A DNA stretch of 64,000 bases from Fidelibacterota bacterium (GCA_965212055.1 OZ243041.1:96001-160000), one strand, 5' to 3'; positions 38,388 to 48,661 are shown, counted from the stretch's first letter. The notes: a model not told the origin generated them from the letters alone. Numbers and translations: made by a program.

Positions 38388-39317
38388 TTCTGTATCACAG
38401 TTGGAACATTTAGCTTGTTTACTTGCTTGCACTTCTTCAAAACAAGTAGGACATTTTTCATTCATTGGTGATTGTTTGTCTGTTACAGCTCCACCTGGAG
38501 TTTGGGATGCTTTTGTCCATAAAAATGAAACCAAACCAAGTGTTAATAAATAACTAATAACTTCAATAGCACTTGGATTACCGTTCCATCCGAACAACCC
38601 TTTTGCAAATACTCCAATACCACCTTTTTCATGGAGTAAAGGATAGCTTCCATCTGGATTTAATGTAGGATTAACATCCCATATTGCACCATAGTAAGGA
38701 ATAACTCCTGCTTCTTCAAATTCATGTATTCCATAGGAAACAAGACCTGCAGCAACAAATATCAGCAGCACTGACGTAACATTAAAGAATGTTTTTAAAG
38801 GAACTTTTTTACCCTGTACAAAGATTGCATAACCGATTAGTATTGCTAATATGGCACCAATTAATGAAGTAGTTAACGATAATCCTCCATCTTTGATAAA
38901 AATTCCATAAAGAAATAACACTGTCTCGATTCCTTCTCTAAATACGGAAAGAAATGCAAGACTAAATAAACCAATGGCAACATTTTGATCACTTGCTAAT
39001 ACAGCTGATGCTTGGTTTTCTAAACTTTCTGATACATTCTTATTTCTTGCCATCCAAACAATCATTGTAGATAACAATACTGCAGCTAAGATCATTACAG
39101 TTCCTTCAAAAATTTCTTCTGCTTTACCACTAAATCCACCAAGAATTAGCTGGAAAACAACTGCAAATGCTACACTGGCAGCGACTGCACCAAAGACTCC
39201 ATTAATGATGCTTTGTCCTAAATGTTTTCTACCAGTTTTGCTAACAAATGTATAAAGTATACCCACTACCAAAGCAGCTTCAAGAACTTCTCTAAATACT
39301 ATGATTAATTCAGCCAT
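38373..39317 (-). CDS. FTR1/EfeU family iron permease with C-terminal four-cysteine tail
   Basis: Two RExxE motifs (FREVLEA, FREGIET), GIHEFEEAG; tail CPTC..CSNC. Confidence 0.9.
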   Translation of the reverse strand: MAELIIVFREVLEAALVVGILYTFVSKTGRKHLGQSIINGVFGAVAASVAFAVVFQLILGGFSGKAEEIFEGTVMILAAVLLSTMIVWMARNKNVSESLENQASAVLASDQNVAIGLFSLAFLSVFREGIETVLFLYGIFIKDGGLSLTTSLIGAILAILIGYAIFVQGKKVPLKTFFNVTSVLLIFVAAGLVSYGIHEFEEAGVIPYYGAIWDVNPTLNPDGSYPLLHEKGGIGVFAKGLFGWNGNPSAIEVISYLLTLGLVSFLWTKASQTPGGAVTDKQSPMNEKCPTCFEEVQASKQAKCSNCDTELNLQ

Positions 39318-39328
39318 ATTGAATTATT

Positions 39329-39388
39329 TATTGAGATTTAATCTCAATATTGAGGTGCTAATATAGATAAAAATTTTTTATACTTCAA
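39329..39388 (-). promoter_or_regulatory. FTR1 promoter plus Fur-like operator
   Basis: TTGAAG (39388-39383)-17 nt-TATATT (39365-39360); perfect 10-1-10 inverted repeat TATTGAGATT-T-AATCTCAATA at 39329-39349. Confidence 0.7.
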
Positions 39389-39413
39389 TAGTATTGGTAA
39401 TTTTGGTAATAAC

Positions 39414-40280
39414 ATGAAAAAAGAATCAAAAAATTTTGCATTTCATACAATTAAAGTTGATGATATAAAATCAATCCTAAAAAAAAGACCTGTGGATTCT
39501 CATAAACGAACTTTTGGACATGCACTGATGATGTCAGGTAGCAAAGGAATGATGGGAGCTTGCATTTTGTCATCAGAAGCAATTTTGCGTTCAGGCGCAG
39601 GATTGCTCACAATTTATATTCCGAAAGCTGGTGAATTAATTGTTCAAACCTCAATACCAGAAGCAATGGTGATTGTTGATTCTAATGAGAATCATATTCA
39701 AAGTTTTCCTGATCTTAGTAAATACTCTGCTATTGGAGTTGGTCCTGGTATAGGTACCGCTTCAAAAACAAAGAATGCTATTGCTGATTTCATCAACCAC
39801 GTTAGTATTCCTACTATCTTTGATGCCGATGCCCTAAATATTATTTCTCAAAATAAAGAATTATTACAACATATTCCGCATGAGTCAGTATTGACTCCGC
39901 ATGAAAGAGAATTTGAAAGACTTGTGGGTAGTTTTGATAATATCAATGATCGTACAGCACTACAAAAAAACTTAAGTATTCAATATCAAATTAATATTCT
40001 TGTGAAAGGCCCTCAAACCTGTATGACCAATTCCACAGGAGATATTTTTATCAATTCAACAGGAAATCCAGGTATGGCAACAGGGGGTAGTGGAGATGTA
40101 CTGACTGGTATTATCACTGGTCTAGTTGCTAGAGGCTTGTCTCCATTTAATGCAATGATTTCTGGTGCATATCTACATGGGCTATCAGGAGATATTGCAA
40201 GAGGATTTCTTGGCGAAGAATCTATGACTGCCCAAGATTTAGTTGATTATCTTGGACAATCATTTTTAAAAGTGATATAG
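39414..40280 (+). CDS. nnrD: ADP-dependent NAD(P)H-hydrate dehydratase, stand-alone
   Basis: SHKRTFG, GMMGA, RSGAGL, GVGPGIG, DADALN, LTPHEREF, VKG, MATGGSGDVLTG. Confidence 0.92.
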   Translation: MKKESKNFAFHTIKVDDIKSILKKRPVDSHKRTFGHALMMSGSKGMMGACILSSEAILRSGAGLLTIYIPKAGELIVQTSIPEAMVIVDSNENHIQSFPDLSKYSAIGVGPGIGTASKTKNAIADFINHVSIPTIFDADALNIISQNKELLQHIPHESVLTPHEREFERLVGSFDNINDRTALQKNLSIQYQINILVKGPQTCMTNSTGDIFINSTGNPGMATGGSGDVLTGIITGLVARGLSPFNAMISGAYLHGLSGDIARGFLGEESMTAQDLVDYLGQSFLKVI

Positions 40281-40724
40281 TTACTCGACTATCATATAAC
40301 CGCGCATCGTTGCACCATGTGCAATATATGTGCAGATGTATAAATATTTTCCTGGTTTCTTTGGTGCAACAAATTCAACAGAAGTTTCTTCTTGTTTGTC
40401 AGCTAAAGTTGTCATCGCTAGTATTGAATTGCTTGCAACTGGATTTCCATCATTCAGTTCAGCATATTCCAAAACGTCTGACGCTTGAGATTCATCAAGT
40501 AAAATAACTACATTATGAAGCATCTCTCCTTCATACTCTAAAGAAGCATTATTTTTCATAGTGAGTTTTACTTTAGAACCAGCTTTGACAGTGAATTCGG
40601 TGGTGTCATATTCCATTTTATCACCCAAAGAGCCAATGGTAATTATGGTCATCTCATTGCTTGTTGTTTCACCACCACAATTGATAACCATTGTTGCTAG
40701 TAGTATTATTAGTGTTTTTTTCAT
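40281..40724 (-). CDS. Blue-copper cupredoxin (azurin/auracyanin-like) lipoprotein
   Basis: Lipobox-like VINC; type-1 Cu ligands HNVV and YICTYIAHGATM (C-x4-H-x3-M). Confidence 0.85.
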   Translation of the reverse strand: MKKTLIILLATMVINCGGETTSNEMTIITIGSLGDKMEYDTTEFTVKAGSKVKLTMKNNASLEYEGEMLHNVVILLDESQASDVLEYAELNDGNPVASNSILAMTTLADKQEETSVEFVAPKKPGKYLYICTYIAHGATMRGYMIVE

Positions 40725-40726
40725 TT

Positions 40727-41572
40727 TTATTTCCCCTTCATTAAGTTTGGTAATAACATATTTGAATTTTTAATGTATTCTTTATATTCCGGTCTAGATT
40801 TGATCATCATTTCATCCATCATTGGACCAGTAATCTTGTAAAAAATTAATCCCATAACTATTGGTCCACATGCACTAAGAACGATGCTAAGAGTATCCAT
40901 GCTTGAAACTGTAAAAGCAAACAAACCAATCCAACACATTAAATCTCCAAAATAATTTGGACGTCTTGAATACTTCCATAAACCAACATTACAAATTTTA
41001 CCTTTATTGTCAGGATTTTTTCTAAATGATTTTAATTGAAAATCACTTATTGTTTCCCATAATAGACCCAATGCGAATAATGATATACAAATTACTATTT
41101 CAATTGTAGTTAATGTTGCAGGATTGATTTGCCCAAAATACAAAGGCATTCCTATAAAATATGCAAGACATCCTTGCAAATAAAATACTCTAAAGAAACT
41201 AAACCACCACCAATGTTTTCCAGCTTCTTTTCGCCAGCCAATATATCTTACATCTTCACCATGACCAATATTTCTTATGCCAATATGTAATGCGATTCTT
41301 AGGGCCCACAAACTTACCAGTCCAAGAATCAATAATGATCGATCACTTGTTTCCCCTATGTAGTAATTTATTGATAATCCGAATACTATAAAACAGGGTC
41401 CCCAAAATATATCTACAATGCTTGCATCTTTTACCATTAGACTGATTAACCAAATCAGCCCCATAAAGCCAATAATGGATATAAAACTGCAGAAAAGATC
41501 TGGATAAAACCAATAATCCAATGCGATGAATGATGTAAAAATTAAATTAACTAATAGTGTTTTTTTAATCAT
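40727..41572 (-). CDS. DUF1295 (steroid 5-alpha reductase-like) membrane protein
   Basis: SIVDIFWG, WALRI, EDVRY, DFQL..F, GLWKYSRRPNYFGD. Confidence 0.9.
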   Translation of the reverse strand: MIKKTLLVNLIFTSFIALDYWFYPDLFCSFISIIGFMGLIWLISLMVKDASIVDIFWGPCFIVFGLSINYYIGETSDRSLLILGLVSLWALRIALHIGIRNIGHGEDVRYIGWRKEAGKHWWWFSFFRVFYLQGCLAYFIGMPLYFGQINPATLTTIEIVICISLFALGLLWETISDFQLKSFRKNPDNKGKICNVGLWKYSRRPNYFGDLMCWIGLFAFTVSSMDTLSIVLSACGPIVMGLIFYKITGPMMDEMMIKSRPEYKEYIKNSNMLLPNLMKGK

Positions 41573-41648
41573 ATAAATGATCTACAAAATTTTTTTTCAT
41601 AAAAATGGTAGTGAATATTAGTAAAACTATATGTATTTTGATAGTAGA

Positions 41649-42266
41649 ATGAATGATAAAATTCCAATATTTCCCCTTCCACTAGTCTTGCTTCCTGGCG
41701 AAAAACTTCCTCTTCATATCTTCGAAGAAAAATATAGAAAAATGATTGAACATTGTTTAAAAAACAATCAAAAATTTGGAATTGTTAATTCAAAAAATAA
41801 AGATTTACTTACTATCGGATGTACTGCGTCAATTGAACAGCTAATCGGATCTGATCAATATGACAAGGGTGAATACGATATTCTTGTTACAGGGGTAGAT
41901 AGATTTATCGTTAAGAGTTATAACGATTCTGAAATGTATAAACAAGCACATGTAAAAACATGGAAAGATTTAGATGAATCAATCAATAATACCCTTTTAA
42001 AAGAAACGAATGTTCTTTTATATGAAGTATTGATGAAGTTGGGAGCTTCTTCCAAAATTTCTCAAATCAATATGCCAAAAAACTCGTTTGAAATTGCATC
42101 TATGCTTGATATTGATAAAAGAGCAAAAAAAATTCTTTTAAAAAGCCAATCTGAGAATGATCGTTTATTGGTTCTTAAAAGAATCTTGAAAAAAGCAATT
42201 GTAAAAATAGACTATAATAATTCTAATTCAATGGAATATTCAGATTATAGTCAATTTGAAGCCTAA
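41649..42266 (+). CDS. LON peptidase substrate-binding (N-terminal) domain protein
   Basis: IPIFPLPLVLLPGEKLPLHIFEEKYRKM, IGC, G..RF; no AAA+ or protease domain; start ATG 41649 (alternative 41631). Confidence 0.87.
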   Translation: MNDKIPIFPLPLVLLPGEKLPLHIFEEKYRKMIEHCLKNNQKFGIVNSKNKDLLTIGCTASIEQLIGSDQYDKGEYDILVTGVDRFIVKSYNDSEMYKQAHVKTWKDLDESINNTLLKETNVLLYEVLMKLGASSKISQINMPKNSFEIASMLDIDKRAKKILLKSQSENDRLLVLKRILKKAIVKIDYNNSNSMEYSDYSQFEA

Positions 42267-42268
42267 AA

Positions 42269-45200
42269 CTATTTCAATTTCACTAGTTTTATAAAATCAT
42301 TGATTATGATATAAGATACTGGAACAAGTAATAAAATTATTGTTGTGGAAAATAGGATGCCTACTCCTAAAGAAATCGCCATAGGTTTTAAGAAAAGTAC
42401 TTGTGTACTTTGGTTAAATAGTAAGGGCATAATGCCAAGAAATGTTGTTACAGAGGTTAATACTACAGGTCTAAAACGAGTGCGAACGGAATCCACTACA
42501 GCGTCTTTGACTGAAAATCCCTCTTCCATTTTTCTATTGATAAATACTACTAATAATAAGCTATCATTGACAACAACTCCTGAAAGTGCAACAATGCCAA
42601 GAAGCGACAAAACCGAAAGATTTACGCCAAAAAGTAAGTGTCCTAAAATTGCTCCCACCATCCCATAAGGAATGGCTGATAAAACTATTAACGGTTTAAA
42701 ATATGATTTAAGTGGGATTGATAGCAAAACATAAATAGCAAAAATTGCTATAGCAAATTTATATCCAATATCTTCTAATTGTTCTGCTTGTTCTTTTGGT
42801 TCTCCTCCTAATTCAAAATTGATATCTTGATATTGATTTAAAATTCCAGCTAATTCTCCTTTTGGTTGGTTTTCATTGTTTAGAAGATTCTGTAAAATCA
42901 TTCCTGAGGTATTTTTTGCTATATCAACATCTGCCTGAACCTCGATTACTCTCATTCCATCACTTCTTTTAATTTTGGAATAGCCTTCAATTTCTTGAAC
43001 GCTTGCGACTGAATATAGAGGAACCTTGATTCCTTGGTTAGTTCGAATTCTCATATTTTCAAGTGTAGACATTGTTTGACGTTCTTCTTTTGGGAATTTT
43101 AACATTACTCTAATATCATCATCATCACGTTGAATACGTTGAACTTCTTCTCCAAAGAATGCCTGTCTAACTTGTTTTGCAATATCCAATGTAGTAATTC
43201 CATATACCTCTGCTGAAGGCAGTAGTTCTATTTGGAGTTCACTTTTACCTTTTTGATTAGAATCATTGAGATCATGTATCCCAGAAAATGACGATAATAA
43301 TTTTTTTGTTTGTTCAACAGCAGCATTTAGATTTTCAAAATTATTACCTTGAAATTCAAAATCAATTGGTTTGCCAGCAGTAAAAATATTTGCAGAATAG
43401 GTAAGACGTTCAACGCCTGCAACTGTTCCAATGCGTTGTCTTAATATATCAATAATATCATACGCCCCTGTTAAATTCCATCGTTCATCAGCAGGGGTTA
43501 AAATCACTAATACTTCTCCTATATGTGGAGTGCTAGTTGATCTAACAGTAAATCCACCAGGGCCTTTCGATGATTCTTCTGTTGAGTAGTATTGTTCACC
43601 AGCAGTTGTTAAGACATTGCTAATAATGATTGATGGACTAGTGCTATTAATTTCATCTTTTAACTGTAATGCTTCCGTTTCAATTATTGAAAGAATTTCT
43701 TGAGTGCTACTTATTGGCGAACCCTCTGGGAGTTCAAATGCAATTGATACTTCTTCTGCTTCTAGTACAGGGAAAAATGTCCACTTTACCCACCCTCCCG
43801 CAACGAAGGAAAATGATATAAGCAATAAACCAGTAAATACTGCAATAGCAGTATATCGTTGATCCATTGCCTTATGAACTAGCGGTATCCAAAAATTATC
43901 AACAAAATGATATAAACGATCTGAACAAAAATTTCTTGCTCGTGATAACAACTTTCCAAATGTGACAAAATTTGTTTTAAACCAATCGGTAGCATGATTT
44001 AAATGTGCAGGCAAAATCGTAGTTGATTCAATTAAAGACATTGCTAAAATAGGAATTGCGGTCAATGGAAATACTCTCCATATTTCTCCTGTTTCTCCAG
44101 CCAGGTCTAACATAGGAGCAAAAACAGCAATTGTTGTTAAAACTCCAAAAAATACTGGTATTAAAACTTCCATAGTACCATTGATAGTAGAGGTATAGTT
44201 ATCTTCATTAAATTTTATTCGTCGCCTAAAAACATTTTCACCAACAATAATCGCATCATCCACTACAATTCCTAAAACAACAATAAACATAAAGGCTGAT
44301 AAAACATTTACAGTTACACCGACTTGAGGAAGTATAAGCAATGCACCACCAAATGAAATTGGTATTCCCATAGCAACCCAAAATGCCAGAGAAGGTTTTA
44401 AAAACATAGTTAATAATATGAGCACTAAAGTGATTCCAATTGCAAAATTTCGATATAATAGATTAATACGATCTTGTAAATAGCGTGCTTGATCATAAAA
44501 ATAATCGATTTCAATACCTGTTGGCATATTTGCTTTTTTATTGTTTACATACGTTCTTAGTTCTTCTGCAGCTTTTAATACATCCTGATCTCCTACCAGA
44601 TTGATTCCAACAAACATTGCTGGTGTTCCATTCCAACGATAAGATTTATCTACTTCTACAAAATCATCTTTAATAGTTGCAATATCTTTAAGCAAAAGTT
44701 GGCTTCCATTTGGTTGGCTTCTGATAACAATCTTTTCATATTCTTTTGCATTATAAGATTGTCCTACAGTTCTGATTAGTAACTCTTCCTTAGAAGTAGA
44801 GAGAATTCCTCCTGGTAAATCGATAGAACCAGCGTTAATCGCAAGTGCAATTTGATCAAAATTAAGATTATATTTTTCAAGATTATTTTCAGAAACTTCA
44901 ATCGTTATTTCTCTATCTCTACTGCCAAGAATTTCTGTATAAGAAACTTCATTCAACATTTTGATGTCTTGATTAATTTCTTTGGTGACTTGTAATAATG
45001 TACTTTCATCTACGTTACCATAAATCACTATATCCAACACTTTCTCCTCCATCTCCATTTCTTGGATAATAGGTTTTTTGCTATTCACTGGTAGGTTGTC
45101 CATGCTATTTACTACTGTCTTTACTTCATCTAAAATTTTATCGAATTCTGAAGTGGAGTGAATCCTAATAGCGACCCTTCCCGAATTTTCTGTTGAATAA

Positions 45201-45448
45201 GAAATAATTTCTTCTATTCCGGGAATACCTTGAAGTCTATCTTCTATTTTTGAACATATCGAAGATTCAATCTCGCTCGGAGAAGCACCTAAATAAGGAA
45301 CATTGATTGAAATAATATTAATATTTGGTGCAGGAAAAAACTCGGATTTCATATTTTGATAGGATGCAATTCCTCCAACAATTAAAAAAAACATCAATAG
45401 ATTAGCAGGAACGCTATTTTTAACAAACCAAGTTACAATACTCTTCAT
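42269..45448 (-). CDS. RND efflux transporter permease subunit
   Basis: 1059 aa; GIVVDDAIIVGEN, GVVVNDS, RFRPVVLTSVTT. Confidence 0.95.
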   Translation of the reverse strand: MKSIVTWFVKNSVPANLLMFFLIVGGIASYQNMKSEFFPAPNINIISINVPYLGASPSEIESSICSKIEDRLQGIPGIEEIISYSTENSGRVAIRIHSTSEFDKILDEVKTVVNSMDNLPVNSKKPIIQEMEMEEKVLDIVIYGNVDESTLLQVTKEINQDIKMLNEVSYTEILGSRDREITIEVSENNLEKYNLNFDQIALAINAGSIDLPGGILSTSKEELLIRTVGQSYNAKEYEKIVIRSQPNGSQLLLKDIATIKDDFVEVDKSYRWNGTPAMFVGINLVGDQDVLKAAEELRTYVNNKKANMPTGIEIDYFYDQARYLQDRINLLYRNFAIGITLVLILLTMFLKPSLAFWVAMGIPISFGGALLILPQVGVTVNVLSAFMFIVVLGIVVDDAIIVGENVFRRRIKFNEDNYTSTINGTMEVLIPVFFGVLTTIAVFAPMLDLAGETGEIWRVFPLTAIPILAMSLIESTTILPAHLNHATDWFKTNFVTFGKLLSRARNFCSDRLYHFVDNFWIPLVHKAMDQRYTAIAVFTGLLLISFSFVAGGWVKWTFFPVLEAEEVSIAFELPEGSPISSTQEILSIIETEALQLKDEINSTSPSIIISNVLTTAGEQYYSTEESSKGPGGFTVRSTSTPHIGEVLVILTPADERWNLTGAYDIIDILRQRIGTVAGVERLTYSANIFTAGKPIDFEFQGNNFENLNAAVEQTKKLLSSFSGIHDLNDSNQKGKSELQIELLPSAEVYGITTLDIAKQVRQAFFGEEVQRIQRDDDDIRVMLKFPKEERQTMSTLENMRIRTNQGIKVPLYSVASVQEIEGYSKIKRSDGMRVIEVQADVDIAKNTSGMILQNLLNNENQPKGELAGILNQYQDINFELGGEPKEQAEQLEDIGYKFAIAIFAIYVLLSIPLKSYFKPLIVLSAIPYGMVGAILGHLLFGVNLSVLSLLGIVALSGVVVNDSLLLVVFINRKMEEGFSVKDAVVDSVRTRFRPVVLTSVTTFLGIMPLLFNQSTQVLFLKPMAISLGVGILFSTTIILLLVPVSYIIINDFIKLVKLK

Positions 45449-46590
45449 TATTTATATTTTGGATTAACAGGGGTGCCATTTGTGGCAATACTTACTTTAG
45501 ATACAATGATTCTTTCACCAATTGATATCCCATCTTTTACTATCATATCATTTTTCAATTTCTTAATGATATTAATTTTTCTTATTTCGATTTTATTATT
45601 TTTATCTACAATTAAGAGTTCATCATTAGCAGTAAATGAAATATTTGGAATAACAAAAACATCTTCTAAAAATTTTCCATTAATTTTTGCCTCGACAAAT
45701 AAACCAACAGGTAATGTTGTTTGATTTTCTTCTAAGAAATCATTTTTGAAGTTTGCAATTAATTTAATCATTCTGGTTACTGGATCAATAACGCCATCCA
45801 CTCGTTCAATATTTCCTTTCCAGATTTGTACTTTCCCTTTATAAGGAGCACTAATAGTCACAAGCGATTTTTGATTGTCGTTTAATTTTCTTCCATCCAT
45901 TGGAATATCTAAAAATGCCAAATCACTATCTTTAACAGGTAGTATGATTTCAATTTGATTTGATGTATAAATTATTCCCAAAGGTTGGCCTGGTAATACA
46001 GTTGATCCTATATCAATATTAATACTTTGGATACGCCCTGTATAAGGAGCAGTAACATCTGTTTTATCTAGCTTTTTCTTAGCTGATTCTACTTGAGCTT
46101 TTGCAACGTTCAGCGCTGCATTCGCTTGTTTCAGTTGAGGTTTTTTCAGTGTTAAATCTTTTGCAGCTCCTTCACCAAGTTTATCCCATGTCTGTTCTGC
46201 GATTTTAGCTTCTGCTTCTTGCATGGCAAGTTGCACTTCAGCGCTACGTAGTTGAAGTAATGCATTATTGTATTGAAGTTGAAGATCTGTATCATCTATT
46301 TTTGCTAATATTTCTCCTTCTATTACCGAAGAACCTTCTGAAAATTTCTTTGAACGATATATAATTTCTCCCCCAACTTCGCTTGTCAAAATAGTTTGGG
46401 TAATAGGTTGAGTTGTTCCCATGGAACTAATTAAAATTTGATGATTTGTTGGTGTGACAATTTCTACTTCAACCTCAACTGGAATGCTTTCTTCTACTGG
46501 TTGAGGTTTTATTTGACCAAGCCAATATAACATGTAGGCTATTGCTAATGAAAACAGTATAATAATTACAGGTCTGATATATCTTATCAT
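45448..46590 (-). CDS. RND periplasmic adaptor (membrane fusion protein)
   Basis: N-terminal anchor, EVGGEI..GEILAKID, coiled coil, APYTGRI, IDPVTR, GLFVEA. Confidence 0.92.
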   Translation of the reverse strand: MIRYIRPVIIILFSLAIAYMLYWLGQIKPQPVEESIPVEVEVEIVTPTNHQILISSMGTTQPITQTILTSEVGGEIIYRSKKFSEGSSVIEGEILAKIDDTDLQLQYNNALLQLRSAEVQLAMQEAEAKIAEQTWDKLGEGAAKDLTLKKPQLKQANAALNVAKAQVESAKKKLDKTDVTAPYTGRIQSINIDIGSTVLPGQPLGIIYTSNQIEIILPVKDSDLAFLDIPMDGRKLNDNQKSLVTISAPYKGKVQIWKGNIERVDGVIDPVTRMIKLIANFKNDFLEENQTTLPVGLFVEAKINGKFLEDVFVIPNISFTANDELLIVDKNNKIEIRKINIIKKLKNDMIVKDGISIGERIIVSKVSIATNGTPVNPKYK

Positions 46591-46601
46591 TTTATTGTGC
46601 T

Positions 46602-48020
46602 TTATTCGTAAGCAAATCCTCCTCCAAGAGACAATATTAAGTTTATTCTTTGTTCAATGCGAATTTTTTCTGTAGTAGCTAAAATATTTTTTGTATCAAA
46701 AAGCATATTATTTGCATTAATTACATCTTCTGCACTTGCAATTCCTTCATAGAATTCATTTAAAGTTGTATTATAAATTGATTCTGCAATTTTTACATTT
46801 TCCTCAACAAGATTCAGTGAAGAAAATGCAGTATTATCGAACTGTAAACCAGACTCTACTTCTTTATATGCATTTAACAAATCATTAACAAATTGGAGCA
46901 TCGCAATTTCTTTTTGGCTTTTAGCAATTTTTTTACTTGCGATTAATTTTCCTCCATTAAACACAGGAGCTAATAAATTTAATCCAGCACTCCACACACT
47001 ATAATCTTTATTTAATAAATCTTGAATATTACTAGATGCACCGCTGGATCCTACCAAACTAAATGTGGGATATAAAGATCTCATCGCCTGTTTATTCAGT
47101 GCTTTCGCAGCAAGCATATTGTATTGAGAAGCAATAAGGTCAGGTCTTCTTTTTATTATGTCAGCTGGTAAAACTGTTGGAATGCTTGGAAGATGTTTTG
47201 GAAAATCATCAGAAATTACTAATGTCAAATCTGGATATTCTCTAATTAAAACTTTGCCTTGTCTAATCAATCCATTCAAAACACTTGTTTTATTATCTAA
47301 ATCACTTTTTGCATTATTAAGTATCATTTCTGATTGTTGAAAAAAATTACTTTTTATAATTCCTGTTTTATAACGTTCACTATATAAATCGTGAATAATT
47401 TTTGCATTATTATATTTTTGCTTTGCATTCTCTACTAATTGTTTGGATTCGATAATAGAGAAATATAATTTTGTAGCTTCAGCAGTAAGAGAAAATTGAA
47501 TGTAAGTATAGTTATATTTGCTAGATAAATACTGTCTTTTCCCAGCTAATCTTCCTTGTCTTAACTTTCCCCATAAATCTATTTCCCACTGGGCATTTAA
47601 AGATAAACTATAGTTTTCTTGGGTGAATGTTGTGATTTCATCACTGTTACCAAAAAAACTAGTAAAAATAGGTGGAAACCCTGCAGTATTTTGTTCTGAT
47701 TCAGTTCCACTAGCAGCAATTCCTACAGATGGTGCTAAATTTGCTGTAGATAACACAGCACCTTGTTTTGCAATGCGAGTATTGAGCATCGCTTGTTCTA
47801 AATTTATATTTTCTTCTAAAAATATTGATAAAAATTGATTCAAATTTTCATCTTGAAATTCATTCCACCAGATTTCCGATACATTCAGTTGCACTGGCAA
47901 ATCTGATTGCCACTGATTTGGAATTTGTTCGGAAATGATTGAATCTGGTTCGATTGCCTTTTGACTAGCACATCCCGCAATTAAAATAAGACATAATAAT
48001 CGAATAATATTTTTTATCAT
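46602..48020 (-). CDS. TolC/OprM family outer membrane lipoprotein
   Basis: Lipobox LIAGC, WWNEFQD, WEIDLWGKLR, RRPDL, FNGGKL, SLGGG. Confidence 0.92.
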   Translation of the reverse strand: MIKNIIRLLCLILIAGCASQKAIEPDSIISEQIPNQWQSDLPVQLNVSEIWWNEFQDENLNQFLSIFLEENINLEQAMLNTRIAKQGAVLSTANLAPSVGIAASGTESEQNTAGFPPIFTSFFGNSDEITTFTQENYSLSLNAQWEIDLWGKLRQGRLAGKRQYLSSKYNYTYIQFSLTAEATKLYFSIIESKQLVENAKQKYNNAKIIHDLYSERYKTGIIKSNFFQQSEMILNNAKSDLDNKTSVLNGLIRQGKVLIREYPDLTLVISDDFPKHLPSIPTVLPADIIKRRPDLIASQYNMLAAKALNKQAMRSLYPTFSLVGSSGASSNIQDLLNKDYSVWSAGLNLLAPVFNGGKLIASKKIAKSQKEIAMLQFVNDLLNAYKEVESGLQFDNTAFSSLNLVEENVKIAESIYNTTLNEFYEGIASAEDVINANNMLFDTKNILATTEKIRIEQRINLILSLGGGFAYE

Positions 48021-48560
48021 TTATTCATCCATCAAGTATTGGGATACTCTAAATAGTAATATAAAACTTATGGACCATGTAATTGCAATAATAGCATAAT
48101 TTATGTTTTCTGGTCCAATCTCAACTGCCTTAATTTTTTCACCACCCATATATGCCAATGGTGCCAATAATCCATAAAAAGATATCAATAGATATTTTCC
48201 TTTTAAATATCGCATTGCATAGTTTACTTGTGATGCAAATCCAGCCCACATACATAAAATCCAAATGGGAGCAAGGTCAGAAAATTGATTGATAACTTTG
48301 CCATGATATTCCACAATATTATAGATTGCAAATCCTGAATCAACAACTATACCAAGGAATATTGCAAATATAATTAATTGTAATTCTTGATATCTTTTAT
48401 AGGCAATAATAGAGAAATGAAAAAAAAGAAATATCAGAGTTGCTATTGGAGCCAAATATGGCATGTCCAATGATGGTGATGATGCACAGCAAATCCATAC
48501 TATTGAAAAACCAAAGTAATTTATTACAGCATCCTTATGTTCTAATATGAATTTGATCAT
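48021..48560 (-). CDS. DUF2878-like membrane protein
   Basis: Five to six TM segments; N..GF..VW, GIVVDS, PIWILCMWAGFA, APLAYMGG. Confidence 0.78.
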   Translation of the reverse strand: MIKFILEHKDAVINYFGFSIVWICCASSPSLDMPYLAPIATLIFLFFHFSIIAYKRYQELQLIIFAIFLGIVVDSGFAIYNIVEYHGKVINQFSDLAPIWILCMWAGFASQVNYAMRYLKGKYLLISFYGLLAPLAYMGGEKIKAVEIGPENINYAIIAITWSISFILLFRVSQYLMDE

Positions 48561-48588
48561 TGTTTAGTGCACCTACATTGTAAGAGAG

Positions 48589-48661
48589 TGGCTCGGGGCG
48601 GAATCGAACCGCCGACACAAGGATTTTCAATCCTCTGCTCTACCAACTGAGCTACCAAGCC
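48589..48661 (-). tRNA. tRNA-Phe(GAA), CCA not encoded
   Basis: Reverse complement GGCTTGGTAGCTCAGTTGGTAGAGCAGAGGATTGAAAATCCTTGTGTCGGCGGTTCGATTCCGCCCCGAGCCA; anticodon loop TTGAAAA. Confidence 0.96.

Noticed and set aside
39414..40280. nnrD as a truncated nnrE-nnrD pseudogene
   Set aside because: Stand-alone NnrD is common, the motifs are intact, and there is no upstream epimerase remnant
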